64,000 nucleotides of DNA from an uncultured Methanosarcinales archaeon (lineage in GTDB: Archaea > Nanobdellota > Nanobdellia > Woesearchaeales > JACJVW01), in the NCBI GenBank assembly GCA_964473285.1, contig CAYYOI010000001.1, forward strand, positions 1,689 through 65,688. The letters run 5' to 3'. Each line of letters starts with the position of its first letter. Position 1 is the first letter of the stretch. Shown here in pieces: positions 23,101-29,559 of the stretch. The translations under genes were made by a program, and so were the position numbers. The notes below the pieces were generated by a model. It was given only the letters and a program-made list of their open reading frames with translations. It was not told the DNA's origin and searched no databases.

Positions 23101-24172
23101 TTGAAACTTTTGTCTCGTAATCCGAGCTTGCAAGATAGGTAACATTCTGTCCCATGTATTCTGAAAGATTCAGTTCTAATGTGTCAGTGATAGTGAATAC
23201 TTTAGGGCCTTGCCAAATAAGTTGTCTTGAAGAGGGTCTGCCTTTCTTTGTTGATGTGTTTGTTCCATTTTGCTTGTATGAGCCTGTTAGATTTTCTGAG
23301 GAATTTGCCTCAGAAGTCGATGGTTCTTCTTGTGTAATGTTTTCAGTGAGATTTTTTGTTGTTTGTGTGAGGTTTTTTGTCTTGTTATTTGTAAGGTTAG
23401 TATCTATATCTGTCAGGTTTCTTTGGTCTACAGTAATATTGCGGGTTTGGTTGTCTGTGAGATTTGTGTTTTTGGTAGTATTTGTTATAGTTTCATTGTT
23501 GATTGTCGTATTTTGTTTTGCTGTTGTGTTGTCTGTGAGGTTGTCTGTGAGGTTGTCTGTGAGGTTGTCTGTAAGGTTGTCTGTAAGGTTGTCTGTCAAG
23601 TTGTCTGTAAGGTTTGTGGGTTTTGTATTGTTGATACCCGCGATTGATTCATTCTCCTCTTTGGTAAAGTTGGACATATTACTCGTTGAACTCTTGTTTA
23701 TTTGCTCTGAAGTTGATCCATTAGTAGACCTGGACCTTATCCATTCTGTCTCTATGAATTCAGCTGATACATTTAGTGGAAGTTCATCTACTGGAATGAG
23801 AATTGTGCCGTTGCAGGTTTGATTGCAGGTCACAGTAGTATTAGAGCTTATTATCCAGCCGCTTTCATTGATGACATAAGATATATTAAGGCCTGATGCC
23901 TCTTCTGGTATGCTTGATTCAAAGCCTGCCATACCTGTATAGGTGGGTTCAAATACGAAAAGCGATACTGCAAAAAGGATTGCAATGGCTGCAAACAAAA
24001 TGAAAGGAAAGGATTTTGGTTCATTCCTGAGCATCTCTTCTTTTTGGTGGTAGTAATCTATCCATTCGTGACATGTTTTCCATTCGTTGTAATCTGAGGT
24101 TTCTCTGAGCCTTTTTTCCATTTGACGGCGATAGGACTGGCACAATCTTATGCGTGAATCTGTGCCTTTCAT
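11111..24172 (-). CDS. Giant (4353 aa) N-terminally membrane-anchored surface/adhesin-like protein. It is extremely rich in N-x-S/T sequons, has repeated LamG/concanavalin-like jelly-roll-like modules and Ig-like domains, and carries an (NLTD)7 repeat.
   Basis: Single 13-kb ORF. N-terminal basic cytoplasmic segment then TM 'FPFILFAAIAILFAVSLFVF'. Recurrent 'V(F/Y)xF(F/Y)DDF...LD(T/S)(S/N)KW' motifs: 'FPFFDDFNDGSLDTNKWQVV', 'FDFFEDFENSSLETSKWIDN', 'FDFYDDVSEDK', 'YYFYDDFNRADSN'. No C-terminal anchor. Confidence 0.85.
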   Translation of the reverse strand: MKGTDSRIRLCQSYRRQMEKRLRETSDYNEWKTCHEWIDYYHQKEEMLRNEPKSFPFILFAAIAILFAVSLFVFEPTYTGMAGFESSIPEEASGLNISYVINESGWIISSNTTVTCNQTCNGTILIPVDELPLNVSAEFIETEWIRSRSTNGSTSEQINKSSTSNMSNFTKEENESIAGINNTKPTNLTDNLTDNLTDNLTDNLTDNLTDNLTDNTTAKQNTTINNETITNTTKNTNLTDNQTRNITVDQRNLTDIDTNLTNNKTKNLTQTTKNLTENITQEEPSTSEANSSENLTGSYKQNGTNTSTKKGRPSSRQLIWQGPKVFTITDTLELNLSEYMGQNVTYLASSDYETKVSNGILRVTAGSEQESIVTIYARKGENITKEEILIKKIKAKQKKAEAGKPVRWEKLVHENLDIPSQAHNISLIHQGKTIRLEKREINRSEYTGDLKVTYSTPAPVKKEKKRGHKKEIIINSSFHYINVSASTKIDEPILKPRLYHYINGSKVDITDKDSYNVSFVDTNSNGLYDEIRWVVPHLSAQKFETGLASVNTNKSRYPPGEKANITIVILDSEGYLSSANVSCTIESPTNLTTFNSIEEISKGIYSFEYNTAEEGEYGLEVNALSDKINDTMHSSFLVEKDYPFEIIRDAPMTTDPWQGPFKASITIKPYYNGTYTLKEKIPSNLSIESSTGIIDNNTITLESSGEAQLNYTLQPPLKTPDLYSLSSEIEYENNTFHEARPWFIAIDPIIVDMNRSYYDDLRSNESISSHHNIIFNATHKGGVELQKGCLDYMESGCWRHSRDITLTGESPGNYPFSFTLDTRTLINENKMKGDCSDLRITWKNGSEQQVYFWIEEGYCNRSQTTIWVRAPRIDDTESFRVYYANQDASQSSYHDGEQVFPFFDDFNDGSLDTNKWQVVTDGHYNFPEGEGYVEYWTDGGGWFNNQNNPSFASIDTFANGTLYWRMLTPDSDGDFDGAIGVREPNTDDVAEGTFFMLDSRDAENVGIVDMPGFDYLSLFDNFLPQDLWVRSKGVFSGTYFSFYNDYHGYEITGSSDTYSDGYIEAWCDSDNDGANRAGLDWIIYLNRTSDTHTVNISSEFSEYESSGNLTTGLIDSNASFTTFFADHYIPESTNITYRLFSENTLCEIPVAEEITEYDISGCTFGYDNLSIEAVLNTTNTSFSPRVNEWAISWYEGDLLIDEPDYPYHDLFTDFHMNGTYSGTDEIAAQYKKIGGSGELDDSYDGFRSYSENNNISVTDDLRLLPDISTNTWYDQEWPHRLSFNVTGRSQAKIELDTDDLDFSATDFSDIRITSLNTSTQKEEILPHWVQESDSNHAILWTQIKEGTDTIFVYYGNPGAQDTSDGDKVFDFFEDFENSSLETSKWIDNEGSYSITGGEFVGQPGTELEYIYTSEYTVSEPKIIEFAMRGNSDDWRAGIGIGSWNFIEHYETGTWFGTTEYDFVIDRNRWGGDLSESGQARNNEGLHNYMVTVNSESTLFNDTTQGRGHSATQTPTGPLYLVNDGDSEMRIEWIFSRENTPVSIQKWKHENVSFSLYGNYTSDSLDTNASIVYYDTIEYLSDEPTGTNLSIYTRTSDDKSSWTDWERQTNGQQITSDGRRFLQYQVRMVTTNKTITPIFNSISINYKTSLAMFFTNMSESDTVFAASNPYPCSGDCSPQWQVTPKKHGKFVLRLTGDSVSNEKIIYVFADTVLDTSSDPVTASGDEIRVSGTLKDDMGKDVSGTVLIFIDDSKVGSAIADEGSFSASIEVPESSIGNHTLKTIFQKDYERYFNPSEDESNLFISSRPNITNISVNDAGIGGLINLNISANDTRGIDSLETKFTRPDGTQEIFTFNDSLEYRNTWDVGTYTFNITATNIDGIQAESTVYADVQGSAIVSPQLEKDSYQNHEDVYLSDRFYEWNKKLPITTNATNRTVILEIDNPEVWRYTNGSDIAFYGNERLAHWIKNTSIYVRLKNQSEITMYYDGPPTQENKSEVFDFYDDVSEDKESEYIEEVIYDRGANNGLFTWDTAQERITIDDSNDDMIAYPSIVPSEFEAEVTVHGDDDDALGLFVQSGSTYYEALISNDFPDGGTDGIFSQTQGNTPNLLQATSEDIDSQSKHTIRLRYESSTLSMYVDDSLQASYDIDLEPSAIGFVSVAMNGNDYLTNFTLRELHDTQLEYGDVQAASRALNTGDRPINGYRWANIQYYNGLYWENLYPVPINDIATDDIKTIANGTTLDYYYDWNNNPWNTGIYPHGKYRVKFSLVRNTTNPDRDDQIIVGSDYEQIVGYDTFYILQSYLHLANLTHENTIDEYETTDTIDWINITLFAANNTALDSEVTLTLLDKYALDYVGFGPYQETKHYGEIPYNTTKTRQWNEGYTIPEDAEGSYMLKWDVVMDLLNGPLRVNRSEYILIHNLREDFAVSNISRQYLNTSQLVNFSMQNEWSRNLTDVSISLNCPENISCACVSDCNMATLAGPLTAVYNISTGTASVGDYDMNVTIKYINPGEEIKVWDEILNQKLEIREQGTFEITQYSAPSSITRGNQADISYLAQSSNNSDVVDAYLNITTYPLSWGLVTPDSSYVSLLYAGEVLWNNATFDVPISTSLGTQHVTAESAGSGVKSDFKNTYIDIYAKTAISSFIVSDNDTSRGEEIELQARLVYDNGTAISGERIYFFDETDDQAIGSAITNEQGWATKSFTPELSLGLHTLNATYEGSPDDYTNPSVGYEQMYLGLKPTIHEVMIDPVIGYGINQTIQANITDDTSIDSAWAQVTYPNTSTTNISLSSGELFTGQFSDTWFNGTYHVQVFAKDTSGSINHSSLSSFVVKADGGIQVKVNESTYDLHENVTLIETVPWWDGSYERRKEIILNDTIDGHTMEISMDTRSMLPSGNDLRIVWFNGTGNVELARINLSSFDSSNTRILFKTRGNGSYYVYYHNPDAGIAPSDKSEVYYFYDDFNRADSNDIGNNWSEWGTDTDTQIVNNHLQVQGTAGVKHNLSVLQEAFNLSFNMVSPDSGDGWWQHIGVGDASEMTDADDVAGLGPAIYTHRESSWGGMVVDYYITRYPSTASGNIIEEDVSGDYDYRLDVADKYDYHRQSTTVQDLDFTDNPTDLDQIRISSDGAPIYTYDDIKIVLTGEIDYEMGEEETFADDTLSTTETFRGEVFAEIQRYDDTWQTIDTHINGIEKTVNADTIFDLEKIWNPWDTKNSEGGTYRVYAYMQTPYGEPIQASEGVYEGYDEFTILGPQTYVTIEDIRIYEVNETTRYSSGTLIDSGLAKTFTLFGNESYRIEIEMKNHFDSQDWNISESDFSHAGLNQTWHLNESQDIWYKIGYGGNEYNGTFNGTVMWNARGTVPVDTKLTLSYAVNMTSTGDYPVVFTVDDSLFTKSDESLFHVINRQYDFPHLHEAIYGLSTNDVIRNSQDTTIFARWDQEIGEANVFYNATIPGMVSDEITLSESNPHNWTNYTFNPSANWLLGKHVTRIEANNPSGFWNDTLPYLSFNVYGLATVDDLSINQTEIDLNDSVRITCSIIDETNQSSIPGYTVSLYSDDYPIYQSTTNEAGEIAYIYEPSTYGLYDLTCNISETSLYKVDHRNISHETVFVREFDPPRYKEISGPVKTYKGQGETYSVRWTDNAILEDATLSLNLTGVFSNVTNISLDSNDTWAHIDYSVPTDTDPGLYGWKQYARDTSLNSNETPIQQMEVWGYSGITDSFQRRSSVRIGNYTTTGCFVQDLNDTGIAGYNVTYYRNGVYLGNNITNASGWATYQFNDSELGLHTMTCNITNQLYYNATIDSANISLNVVNTSNIYPPKLEEYGINDTELSRGECLYLYGKWDEEPDTARAIYNSSDFIEQDIPKPYSVNWTNLTLCTNNSWTIGKHAIKLWANDSNKNINNTVPYLYFNLTGNSRVDWVSPSGITPRGVTNLTCSVTDADTADPISSYLVQYYGPEGYLGSSYSGSDGYASYEIDLSSSSLGSYDYQCNIQSTDFYRPMKSQASDTIEIVNYLPIELHHPRDGQRIESQNIDFNWTPKTDVLGEQVTCNLSLDGEINTTVITSSGDVTHTVVNNLSQGIHNWSVTCWHEEIQNTSQTNTFTVGLQENIPPEIPVRLTPQEDNFTVFERRPIFSWEEAYDSNADNLSYNLLIELEECSGPLQCSVHEINKTNITNLNFTPFQDLDYDSIYSWRIQAYDGIVHSNWSEPWNFSIESRIIVSLANENVSFGVQRVGDSIETTDDSNSSTPQPFIVRNDGNIIIDIHNISAQDDLWESPMARSPSRFFQIKAGNSTEYASFDYNQSVTEWTNVSSNAYMIRQLLHHDDSDEAEIEVKIEVPWEEPPGKKQSTLIFYGEPGE
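23529..23612 (-). repeat. In-frame 12-nt tandem repeat (about 7 units) encoding (NLTD)n near the N-terminus of the giant protein
   Basis: Plus strand reads 'gttgtctgtgag' x3, 'gttgtctgtaag' x2, 'gttgtctgtcaa', 'gttgtctgtaag'. The protein has 'TDNLTDNLTDNLTDNLTDNLTDNLTDNT'. Confidence 0.9.
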
Positions 24173-24660
24173 TTTTGCCTCGCCCTCCTATAGACTGTCC
24201 AGATTGTCCTTTCGTTGCGATTCAGCAGGATTGCGATCTCTGAGTATCTTAGGTTACGCTCGTCCCTCAGATAGCAGACAATACCTTCAAGGATTGTAAG
24301 GTTCTCCCGGATACAGGGTTTGAAAGGTATCTTTTGTGAATGTTCTATTGAAAGGGTGACATCCTGCTTTCTGGCATTATTGTATGTGGACCATATGACC
24401 TGGGAACTACGATTGAGAAGGGTTCCTATGTCCTTATTCTTGTAATTAAGATGGTCGCGAAGGTAAAGCACTGTTGCCTGGAGTGGACTTAGTGCCGAGT
24501 GGAATATAGAAAGAGGAATTTGCAGCTCATCATCAGGGGCCATCGATATGAGCATCTCTACAAGGGTCTCTTTTGGAAGTGCCAGAAGATGATCCTTTAT
24601 TTTAGGAAGAAGAGACTTATCTTTCAAAAGATCCTGCACAAACTTGGATTCCGGGCCCAC
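24169..24660 (-). CDS. Small cytoplasmic protein with two sigma-region-4/HTH-like repeats. Putative regulator at the head of the giant-protein operon, with a GTG start.
   Basis: Internal duplication 'LLNRSSQVIWSTYNNARKQ' / 'LLNRNERTIWTVYRRARQK'. 4-nt ATGA overlap with the giant-gene start. Confidence 0.55.
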   Translation of the reverse strand: MGPESKFVQDLLKDKSLLPKIKDHLLALPKETLVEMLISMAPDDELQIPLSIFHSALSPLQATVLYLRDHLNYKNKDIGTLLNRSSQVIWSTYNNARKQDVTLSIEHSQKIPFKPCIRENLTILEGIVCYLRDERNLRYSEIAILLNRNERTIWTVYRRARQK

Positions 24661-24827
24661 AATTGTACTATTATGTAAGTATTTAGTTTATAAAGGTTTT
24701 TATTTTAGAGAGTTTAAACTTTAATTAATAGTATAAAGGTAATACTATATAAGTTTATTTAGATAATTAGTAATATTATGTAGGTTAAAATTAATATATA
24801 ATAGGTAAATAGAAGAAGAAGAAGAAG
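24661..24827. promoter_or_regulatory. Very AT-rich intergenic region with several TATA-like boxes and a (GAA)5 tract. Likely promoter region for the downstream minus-strand operon.
   Basis: 'tttataaaggtttttattttagagagtttaaactttaattaatagtataaaggtaatactatataag...agaagaagaagaagaag'. Confidence 0.4.
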
Positions 24828-25133
24828 TCATATCTTGAGTCCGCAATATGGGCAAAAGTTAAATGTGGCATGGATAGTCCTGCGGCATCTTGGACAAAAC
24901 CTATGGGCCCCGTTCATCTGTACCTGCTGAGCGTATTGACCGTGATAAGGATTGTGTTGTTGAGGCTTGCTCTTCTTTCTCACCAGCATGACCAAGAGCT
25001 TGAGTATTCCAAAAAGAAGGAGGATGCCCCCTACTATGATAAAAAAGATAAGTTTCTCTTTGTCAAGGTAATAGGAGACAATGGAAACTGCTGCTCCTAC
25101 CATGACATAGACTATACCATGGATAGAGGTCAT
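24828..25133 (-). CDS. Small membrane protein with a C-terminal C4 zinc-ribbon
   Basis: Two TM helices, then 'CPRCRRTIHATFNFCPYCGLKI'. Confidence 0.5.
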   Translation of the reverse strand: MTSIHGIVYVMVGAAVSIVSYYLDKEKLIFFIIVGGILLLFGILKLLVMLVRKKSKPQQHNPYHGQYAQQVQMNGAHRFCPRCRRTIHATFNFCPYCGLKI

Positions 25134-26404
25134 TATCCAATCACTGTTTTTCCACCCATATAAGGTACCAGTGCTTCAGGAACTGTTACTGTACCATCCT
25201 TGTTCTGGTAGTTCTCAAGTATTGCCACCATTGCTCTGGAGGTTGCAATGACAGTATTATTCAAAGTATGCACCATGTACTTCTCTTTACCATCGGTTGC
25301 CTTTATATTTAAACGCCGTGCTTGAGCAGCTTCCATGTTTGTAAGCGAGGTTATCTCAAAGTACTTGTTCTGCCTGGGGGACCAGGCTTCAAGGTCACAG
25401 CTTTTTGCCTTGAGGTCTGCAAGATCACCTGAACAGCATTCCAGTATCCTGAATGGAAGACCAAGACCTTTGAATATGTTCACGGAATGCTCGAGCATCT
25501 CATCGTAAAACTTGTATGAGTTCTCTGGCTCGCAAATCACAATCATCTCCTGCTTATGAAACTGGTGTGTCCTGAAAAGGCCTTTCTCGTCTATACCATG
25601 GCTGCCGATCTCTTTTCGAAAGCATGCACTGTATCCGGTTATCTTGACAGGAAGGTCTTTCTTATCAAGGGTCTTGTTAATATACATACCGATAAGCGGA
25701 TGCTCGGCGGTTGCTATAAGATAAAGGTCCTCGTCTTCGATCTTGTATGCCTGTTCCTCGATCTCTTCATGGGAGTAGACTCCGTCCAGTACTTCCCGCC
25801 TTATCATGAGTGGAGGTTCCACATACTCAAAACCCTGTTTTACCATGTAATCTCTTGCGTAATTGATTAGGGCCATATTGAGGAGGGCAAGGTCACCTTT
25901 CAGGATATAGAACCCTCTGCCTGAGATATCTGTTGCTGTATCAAAGTCAGCAACACCAAGTGATTCTGCCAATTCGGCATGGTTTTTTACCTCAAAATCT
26001 AATTGTCTTGGTTCTCCAAAAGTCTTTATCTCAACATTCTCTGAATCGTCTTTTCCAAGGGGAACTGACTCATGGATTATATTTGGGATGCGAAACAGGT
26101 AACCTTTAATCTCTTCATCAAGCTCCTTTTGTTTCTCTTCGATAGTTTTGATCTCAGCAGGAATATCTTTTGCTTTTTTTATAAGGTCAGAAACATTGGT
26201 CCCGGCTTTTTTTGCCTTGTTGATCTCCTCAGTGATCTCGTTCCTTTCATGGCGAAGCCTTTGGGCCTTTTGCATGAGTTTCCTTCTTTTCTCATCAGCC
26301 TTCAGGAGCTGGTCAACCAGGTCAACCTTTTCTTCCTGATGCTTCTTGCGTATATTCTCTTTCACTAGTTCCGGATTCTCTCGTATAAATTTCAAGTCAA
26401 GCAT
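25133..26404 (-). CDS. serS: Seryl-tRNA synthetase
   Basis: N-terminal coiled-coil arm. Class II core motifs 'FRKEIGSHG', 'RTHQFHKQEM' and 'LNNTVIATSRAMVAILENYQ'. 423 aa. Confidence 0.9.
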   Translation of the reverse strand: MLDLKFIRENPELVKENIRKKHQEEKVDLVDQLLKADEKRRKLMQKAQRLRHERNEITEEINKAKKAGTNVSDLIKKAKDIPAEIKTIEEKQKELDEEIKGYLFRIPNIIHESVPLGKDDSENVEIKTFGEPRQLDFEVKNHAELAESLGVADFDTATDISGRGFYILKGDLALLNMALINYARDYMVKQGFEYVEPPLMIRREVLDGVYSHEEIEEQAYKIEDEDLYLIATAEHPLIGMYINKTLDKKDLPVKITGYSACFRKEIGSHGIDEKGLFRTHQFHKQEMIVICEPENSYKFYDEMLEHSVNIFKGLGLPFRILECCSGDLADLKAKSCDLEAWSPRQNKYFEITSLTNMEAAQARRLNIKATDGKEKYMVHTLNNTVIATSRAMVAILENYQNKDGTVTVPEALVPYMGGKTVIG

Positions 26405-26598
26405 GTACTCACCCTCAGGATTAGTAGGTCAATCTCCTATATAAAAGTTGGGAATAGTATAATTTAAATATCAAATAATCCAGGAGAAATGATATGCGAT
26501 TATTTTTTTTAATACTCCTGATACTTATCAGGGCAGTGAATGCGGATCTTGCACCAAAATCAACGGCGTAGTTCGAGGGGGCAGGACAATTCGCAATC

Positions 26599-27207
26599 AT
26601 GGTCTGCTATCCATGCACTGACGATTGCATGGATTATTGCGATGATAAGCTTTGCAGGGAATTAAGCTTTCATGAAGAATGTTTCTGGACAGTTCACCAG
26701 GTATGCAATGGCAGCTGTCATGTTTCAAGAATGCCTAAATCTTTTCGGGTTGCGATATCCAAGGATATGATTTCTGATGTATTCATGACAGATGGGATGC
26801 AGAACCGTTTTCAGGTCGAGGTTATCGATGGTGAAGTGAATGTCAATAATACTACACCTTTTTTCATGAGAACAATGTTCAAGTCTTTCATCATCGCCTA
26901 TGTCCTTACTTTGCTTATAGAATTGGCAGGTGCAAGCATCTACCGGCTCATAGCCAAAAAGAAAAGGCTTAAGGGCGTGTTCATTGCAAACCTGGTAAGC
27001 CTTCCTGTATTGTGGCCAGTCGTGTGGGCTTTTCCAATCTTACTTATTCTAGGGGAGATTGCCGTGGTATTTTTTGAGGGATGGTTTATCTTATGGTTGC
27101 ATGAGGATTCTTTGAGCTCGTCAATGTTTTTAAGCCTGTTACTGAATCTTGCAAGCCTTTTTTTAGGAGGATTTTTGCTTATTCTGATGCTTATATTCAT
27201 TGCATGA
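26599..27207 (+). CDS. Membrane protein with a Cys-rich N-terminal segment and four predicted TM helices
   Basis: 'CYPCTDDCMDYCDDKLCRELSFHEECFWTVHQVCNGSCH', then hydrophobic helices. Confidence 0.45.
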   Translation: MVCYPCTDDCMDYCDDKLCRELSFHEECFWTVHQVCNGSCHVSRMPKSFRVAISKDMISDVFMTDGMQNRFQVEVIDGEVNVNNTTPFFMRTMFKSFIIAYVLTLLIELAGASIYRLIAKKKRLKGVFIANLVSLPVLWPVVWAFPILLILGEIAVVFFEGWFILWLHEDSLSSSMFLSLLLNLASLFLGGFLLILMLIFIA

Positions 27208-27808
27208 GACTTACGAACACATAATGTTCAGGTGTCTGCTCCTCTTCGATCTTTCCTTCATTATTCCGAAGTATTATCATGGGCCCCTGGATGTGAGGAC
27301 AAATAAGAATTCCCTTATTCCGGAGATTTGATTGGGCAAGTTTTCTGATGTATCTCTTTTCAGAGGGATTTATGCCTGCAGTTATGATTATCTTGTCATA
27401 TCTTTCAGCGATGGGTTTTTTGAATATATTCTGTAATCTTAGCTCAAGATTAGGAACAAGGGAATCCACATTCTGGATATTGTCTCTTGCTTTCTCCAGA
27501 AGAGAAGATATTATATCAAGGCTCAAGACTTTCCCAGGGTAAACTATGTATGCTATGAGGGCTGCGTTCCATCCACTTCCAGTTCCTATCTCCAGGACTT
27601 TGTCTCCTTTCTTAAGCTCTGCAAGCATTAGCATGCGGCCTACTGTTGATGGTTGAGAGATGGTCTGATTGTGGCCGATGGGAATTGCTGTGTCAATGTA
27701 GGGATCAGATACAAAATATTTGCGGTCTATTATATCCATCGCTTCTATAATATGTTCGCTTCCCGGAGACAGGTTCTGTCTTACTTTCTCAAGCAGATCT
27801 TTTTTCAT
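27197..27808 (-). CDS. pcm: Protein-L-isoaspartate O-methyltransferase
   Basis: SAM-binding 'VLEIGTGSGWNAALIA' and PIMT-typical 'GHNQTISQPSTV'. About 200 aa. Confidence 0.85.
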   Translation of the reverse strand: MKKDLLEKVRQNLSPGSEHIIEAMDIIDRKYFVSDPYIDTAIPIGHNQTISQPSTVGRMLMLAELKKGDKVLEIGTGSGWNAALIAYIVYPGKVLSLDIISSLLEKARDNIQNVDSLVPNLELRLQNIFKKPIAERYDKIIITAGINPSEKRYIRKLAQSNLRNKGILICPHIQGPMIILRNNEGKIEEEQTPEHYVFVSLMQ

Positions 27809-28334
27809 ATAACCACCTTACTGCAATACCAAAAGCGATACCAACAAGATTTGCAATCATATCCTCCATAGAATCCTGCCAGGGGCCAAATGCCTGGCTA
27901 TTGTCACCTTCACCAAACATAAGCCAACCGCTTCCATAACCAAGAATCCTGAAGCCAAGATATTCACAGATCTCTATCCCTGCTCCTATACCCATCAATG
28001 AAAGCAATATGATACCATGCCTTGGATAGAAATAAGTAACTCCAAGAGTAAGAAAAAAGAATCCCATGAAATGTGCAAAGACATCATAATGCTCTAATCC
28101 ATAAAGGGTTCCATTGAATGGCAAAGTTCCTATGCTATTGAATAAAATGCTTATGCCAAAAAAACAGACTATGATATTGGGAATATACCAGTTTTTCCTG
28201 CGAATTATAAGAAAAGAAATCAATAAGGCAATGCCAATAAACATGTGTGCAGGATCAATGCCAGTAAAAAGATAGAACAAAGAAAGACTTAGATAGAACA
28301 AGACCCATAATCCAAAGACATCCCTCCAGTCCAT
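27789..28334 (-). CDS. Hypothetical polytopic membrane protein
   Basis: Hydrophobic throughout with about 5 TM segments. No family recognised. Confidence 0.45.
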   Translation of the reverse strand: MDWRDVFGLWVLFYLSLSLFYLFTGIDPAHMFIGIALLISFLIIRRKNWYIPNIIVCFFGISILFNSIGTLPFNGTLYGLEHYDVFAHFMGFFFLTLGVTYFYPRHGIILLSLMGIGAGIEICEYLGFRILGYGSGWLMFGEGDNSQAFGPWQDSMEDMIANLVGIAFGIAVRWLYEKRSA

Positions 28335-29509
28335 CAGGCATTCATCCCAGTTTCATCCTGTACCTCATCAAAAAGTTCATGCTTGACTGGCTTTTCCTGC
28401 TTGTCTGGCTTCCTGTACTTTCCGTGCAACTGGTTCTCCAGTTTGTCGAAACTTTTTCTTATAGCAGTTATAACATCCCAATCCATTGATGCGGCTGTAA
28501 GTGTTGCACCTGGATAGGATAATAAGGCATTTATCTCATACCTGCTTCTTTTTCCTTCCTTTTCCTTTTCTTTCAGGTGAATACGTAGCTCATATACATT
28601 ATTAAAATAGTGCTGGAGTTTTTCTGCCTGGTTACTTGCGATCTTATCCATGCGTGCAAGAAGAGAGGGATGCATCCCATTAGTCCCTTCAAATATGATC
28701 TTACCTATCTTAGGTGTGCTTGCTTCCAGGTACTCGCGCAATACCATCTCTGCAGTGATGATCCCTACAGGACCATCATCATAAACAATCAATAAAGGAC
28801 TCTTGTTATGTGCCATGGCAGCAGCAACTTCTTGTATAGTTGCCTTATTTTTTATGTAGTAAGGATAATCAAGGAAATTATGTATCGGAACTTCCAAGAG
28901 TTTACCTCTTTCATGCTCTTTTGAGGGTGCATTAGGCTGGTATCCGCGTGGACGTTCCTGGATTCGTCCGAGATGATAATTTTCCATAATGCGCTTACTC
29001 GTAAGTATCCCTCTTACCTTTTCATCTTTTCCTACAGGCACTTCTCTGTATTTCTGGTTATGCATGAAATGAAGTGCATCACCCAGAGCAGTATCCTCAT
29101 CAAGCATCTGCAATTGCTCACTATATATCCTAAACTTATCAGTAGTCTGGCTAAGGACATCCATAACTCCATAGATATCTACGATCTTGCTCCAGTCTTT
29201 CTGATATACTGGCAGTAAGCGGGTTTCTGTATCAAGGAGATGCTTTGCTACCTCCAGGATGTCTGCCTCAGCATGAACCCTTGTGGCAGGAACAGTAAAA
29301 TTCCTGATCTTGCTTTCAGCCAAATCGGTTCGAGATTTTAGCATGTTAAAATGAGAGAAGAGACCATGCAGACGATTACCATCGTATACCAGGCATTCTT
29401 CTGCCTTATTTTTTATCATCTTACCAATCAGTTGTGAAACTGTCTGATTGACCTGCATACTAACAGTTGTTTTACTTGGGGCAATATCAATTGCTTTCAT
29501 GGTTTTCAC
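28334..29509 (-). CDS. CBS-domain-containing protein
   Basis: Repeated CBS-like beta-alpha-beta segments, for example 'ECLVYDGNRLHGLFSHFNML' and 'PLLIVYDDGPVGIITAEMVL'. Confidence 0.5.
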   Translation of the reverse strand: MKTMKAIDIAPSKTTVSMQVNQTVSQLIGKMIKNKAEECLVYDGNRLHGLFSHFNMLKSRTDLAESKIRNFTVPATRVHAEADILEVAKHLLDTETRLLPVYQKDWSKIVDIYGVMDVLSQTTDKFRIYSEQLQMLDEDTALGDALHFMHNQKYREVPVGKDEKVRGILTSKRIMENYHLGRIQERPRGYQPNAPSKEHERGKLLEVPIHNFLDYPYYIKNKATIQEVAAAMAHNKSPLLIVYDDGPVGIITAEMVLREYLEASTPKIGKIIFEGTNGMHPSLLARMDKIASNQAEKLQHYFNNVYELRIHLKEKEKEGKRSRYEINALLSYPGATLTAASMDWDVITAIRKSFDKLENQLHGKYRKPDKQEKPVKHELFDEVQDETGMNA

Positions 29510-29559
29510 CTCTTAGCTTTATCGGGAACAAAAGTAAGACAACTAGCCTGGATGAATCA

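Noticed and set aside
23529-23612. Possible CRISPR array suggested by regular short repeats here, at 43346..43414 and at 52034..52250.
   Set aside because: The units are 9, 12 and 81 nt, directly abutting with no spacers and in-frame within long ORFs. They lack CRISPR architecture, and no cas genes were seen.
11140-23822. Numerous plus-strand ORFs of 60-220 aa inside the giant minus-strand gene, for example 23154..23822 with 'SVRLSVRL' repeats and 17987..18433.
   Set aside because: These are antisense shadow ORFs within a 13-kb continuous coding frame. The 'SVRL' repeat is merely the reverse-complement reading of the NLTD microsatellite.
26530-26600. GC-rich patch ('ggcgtagttcgagggggcagg') in an AT-rich intergenic region, and 'gtttcgaatc' at about 32036. 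Both were considered as tRNA or attachment-site candidates near the element.
   Set aside because: No cloverleaf-compatible acceptor stem or T-arm context could be built by eye. The second site lies inside an ORF. tRNA presence cannot be excluded without tRNAscan-SE.
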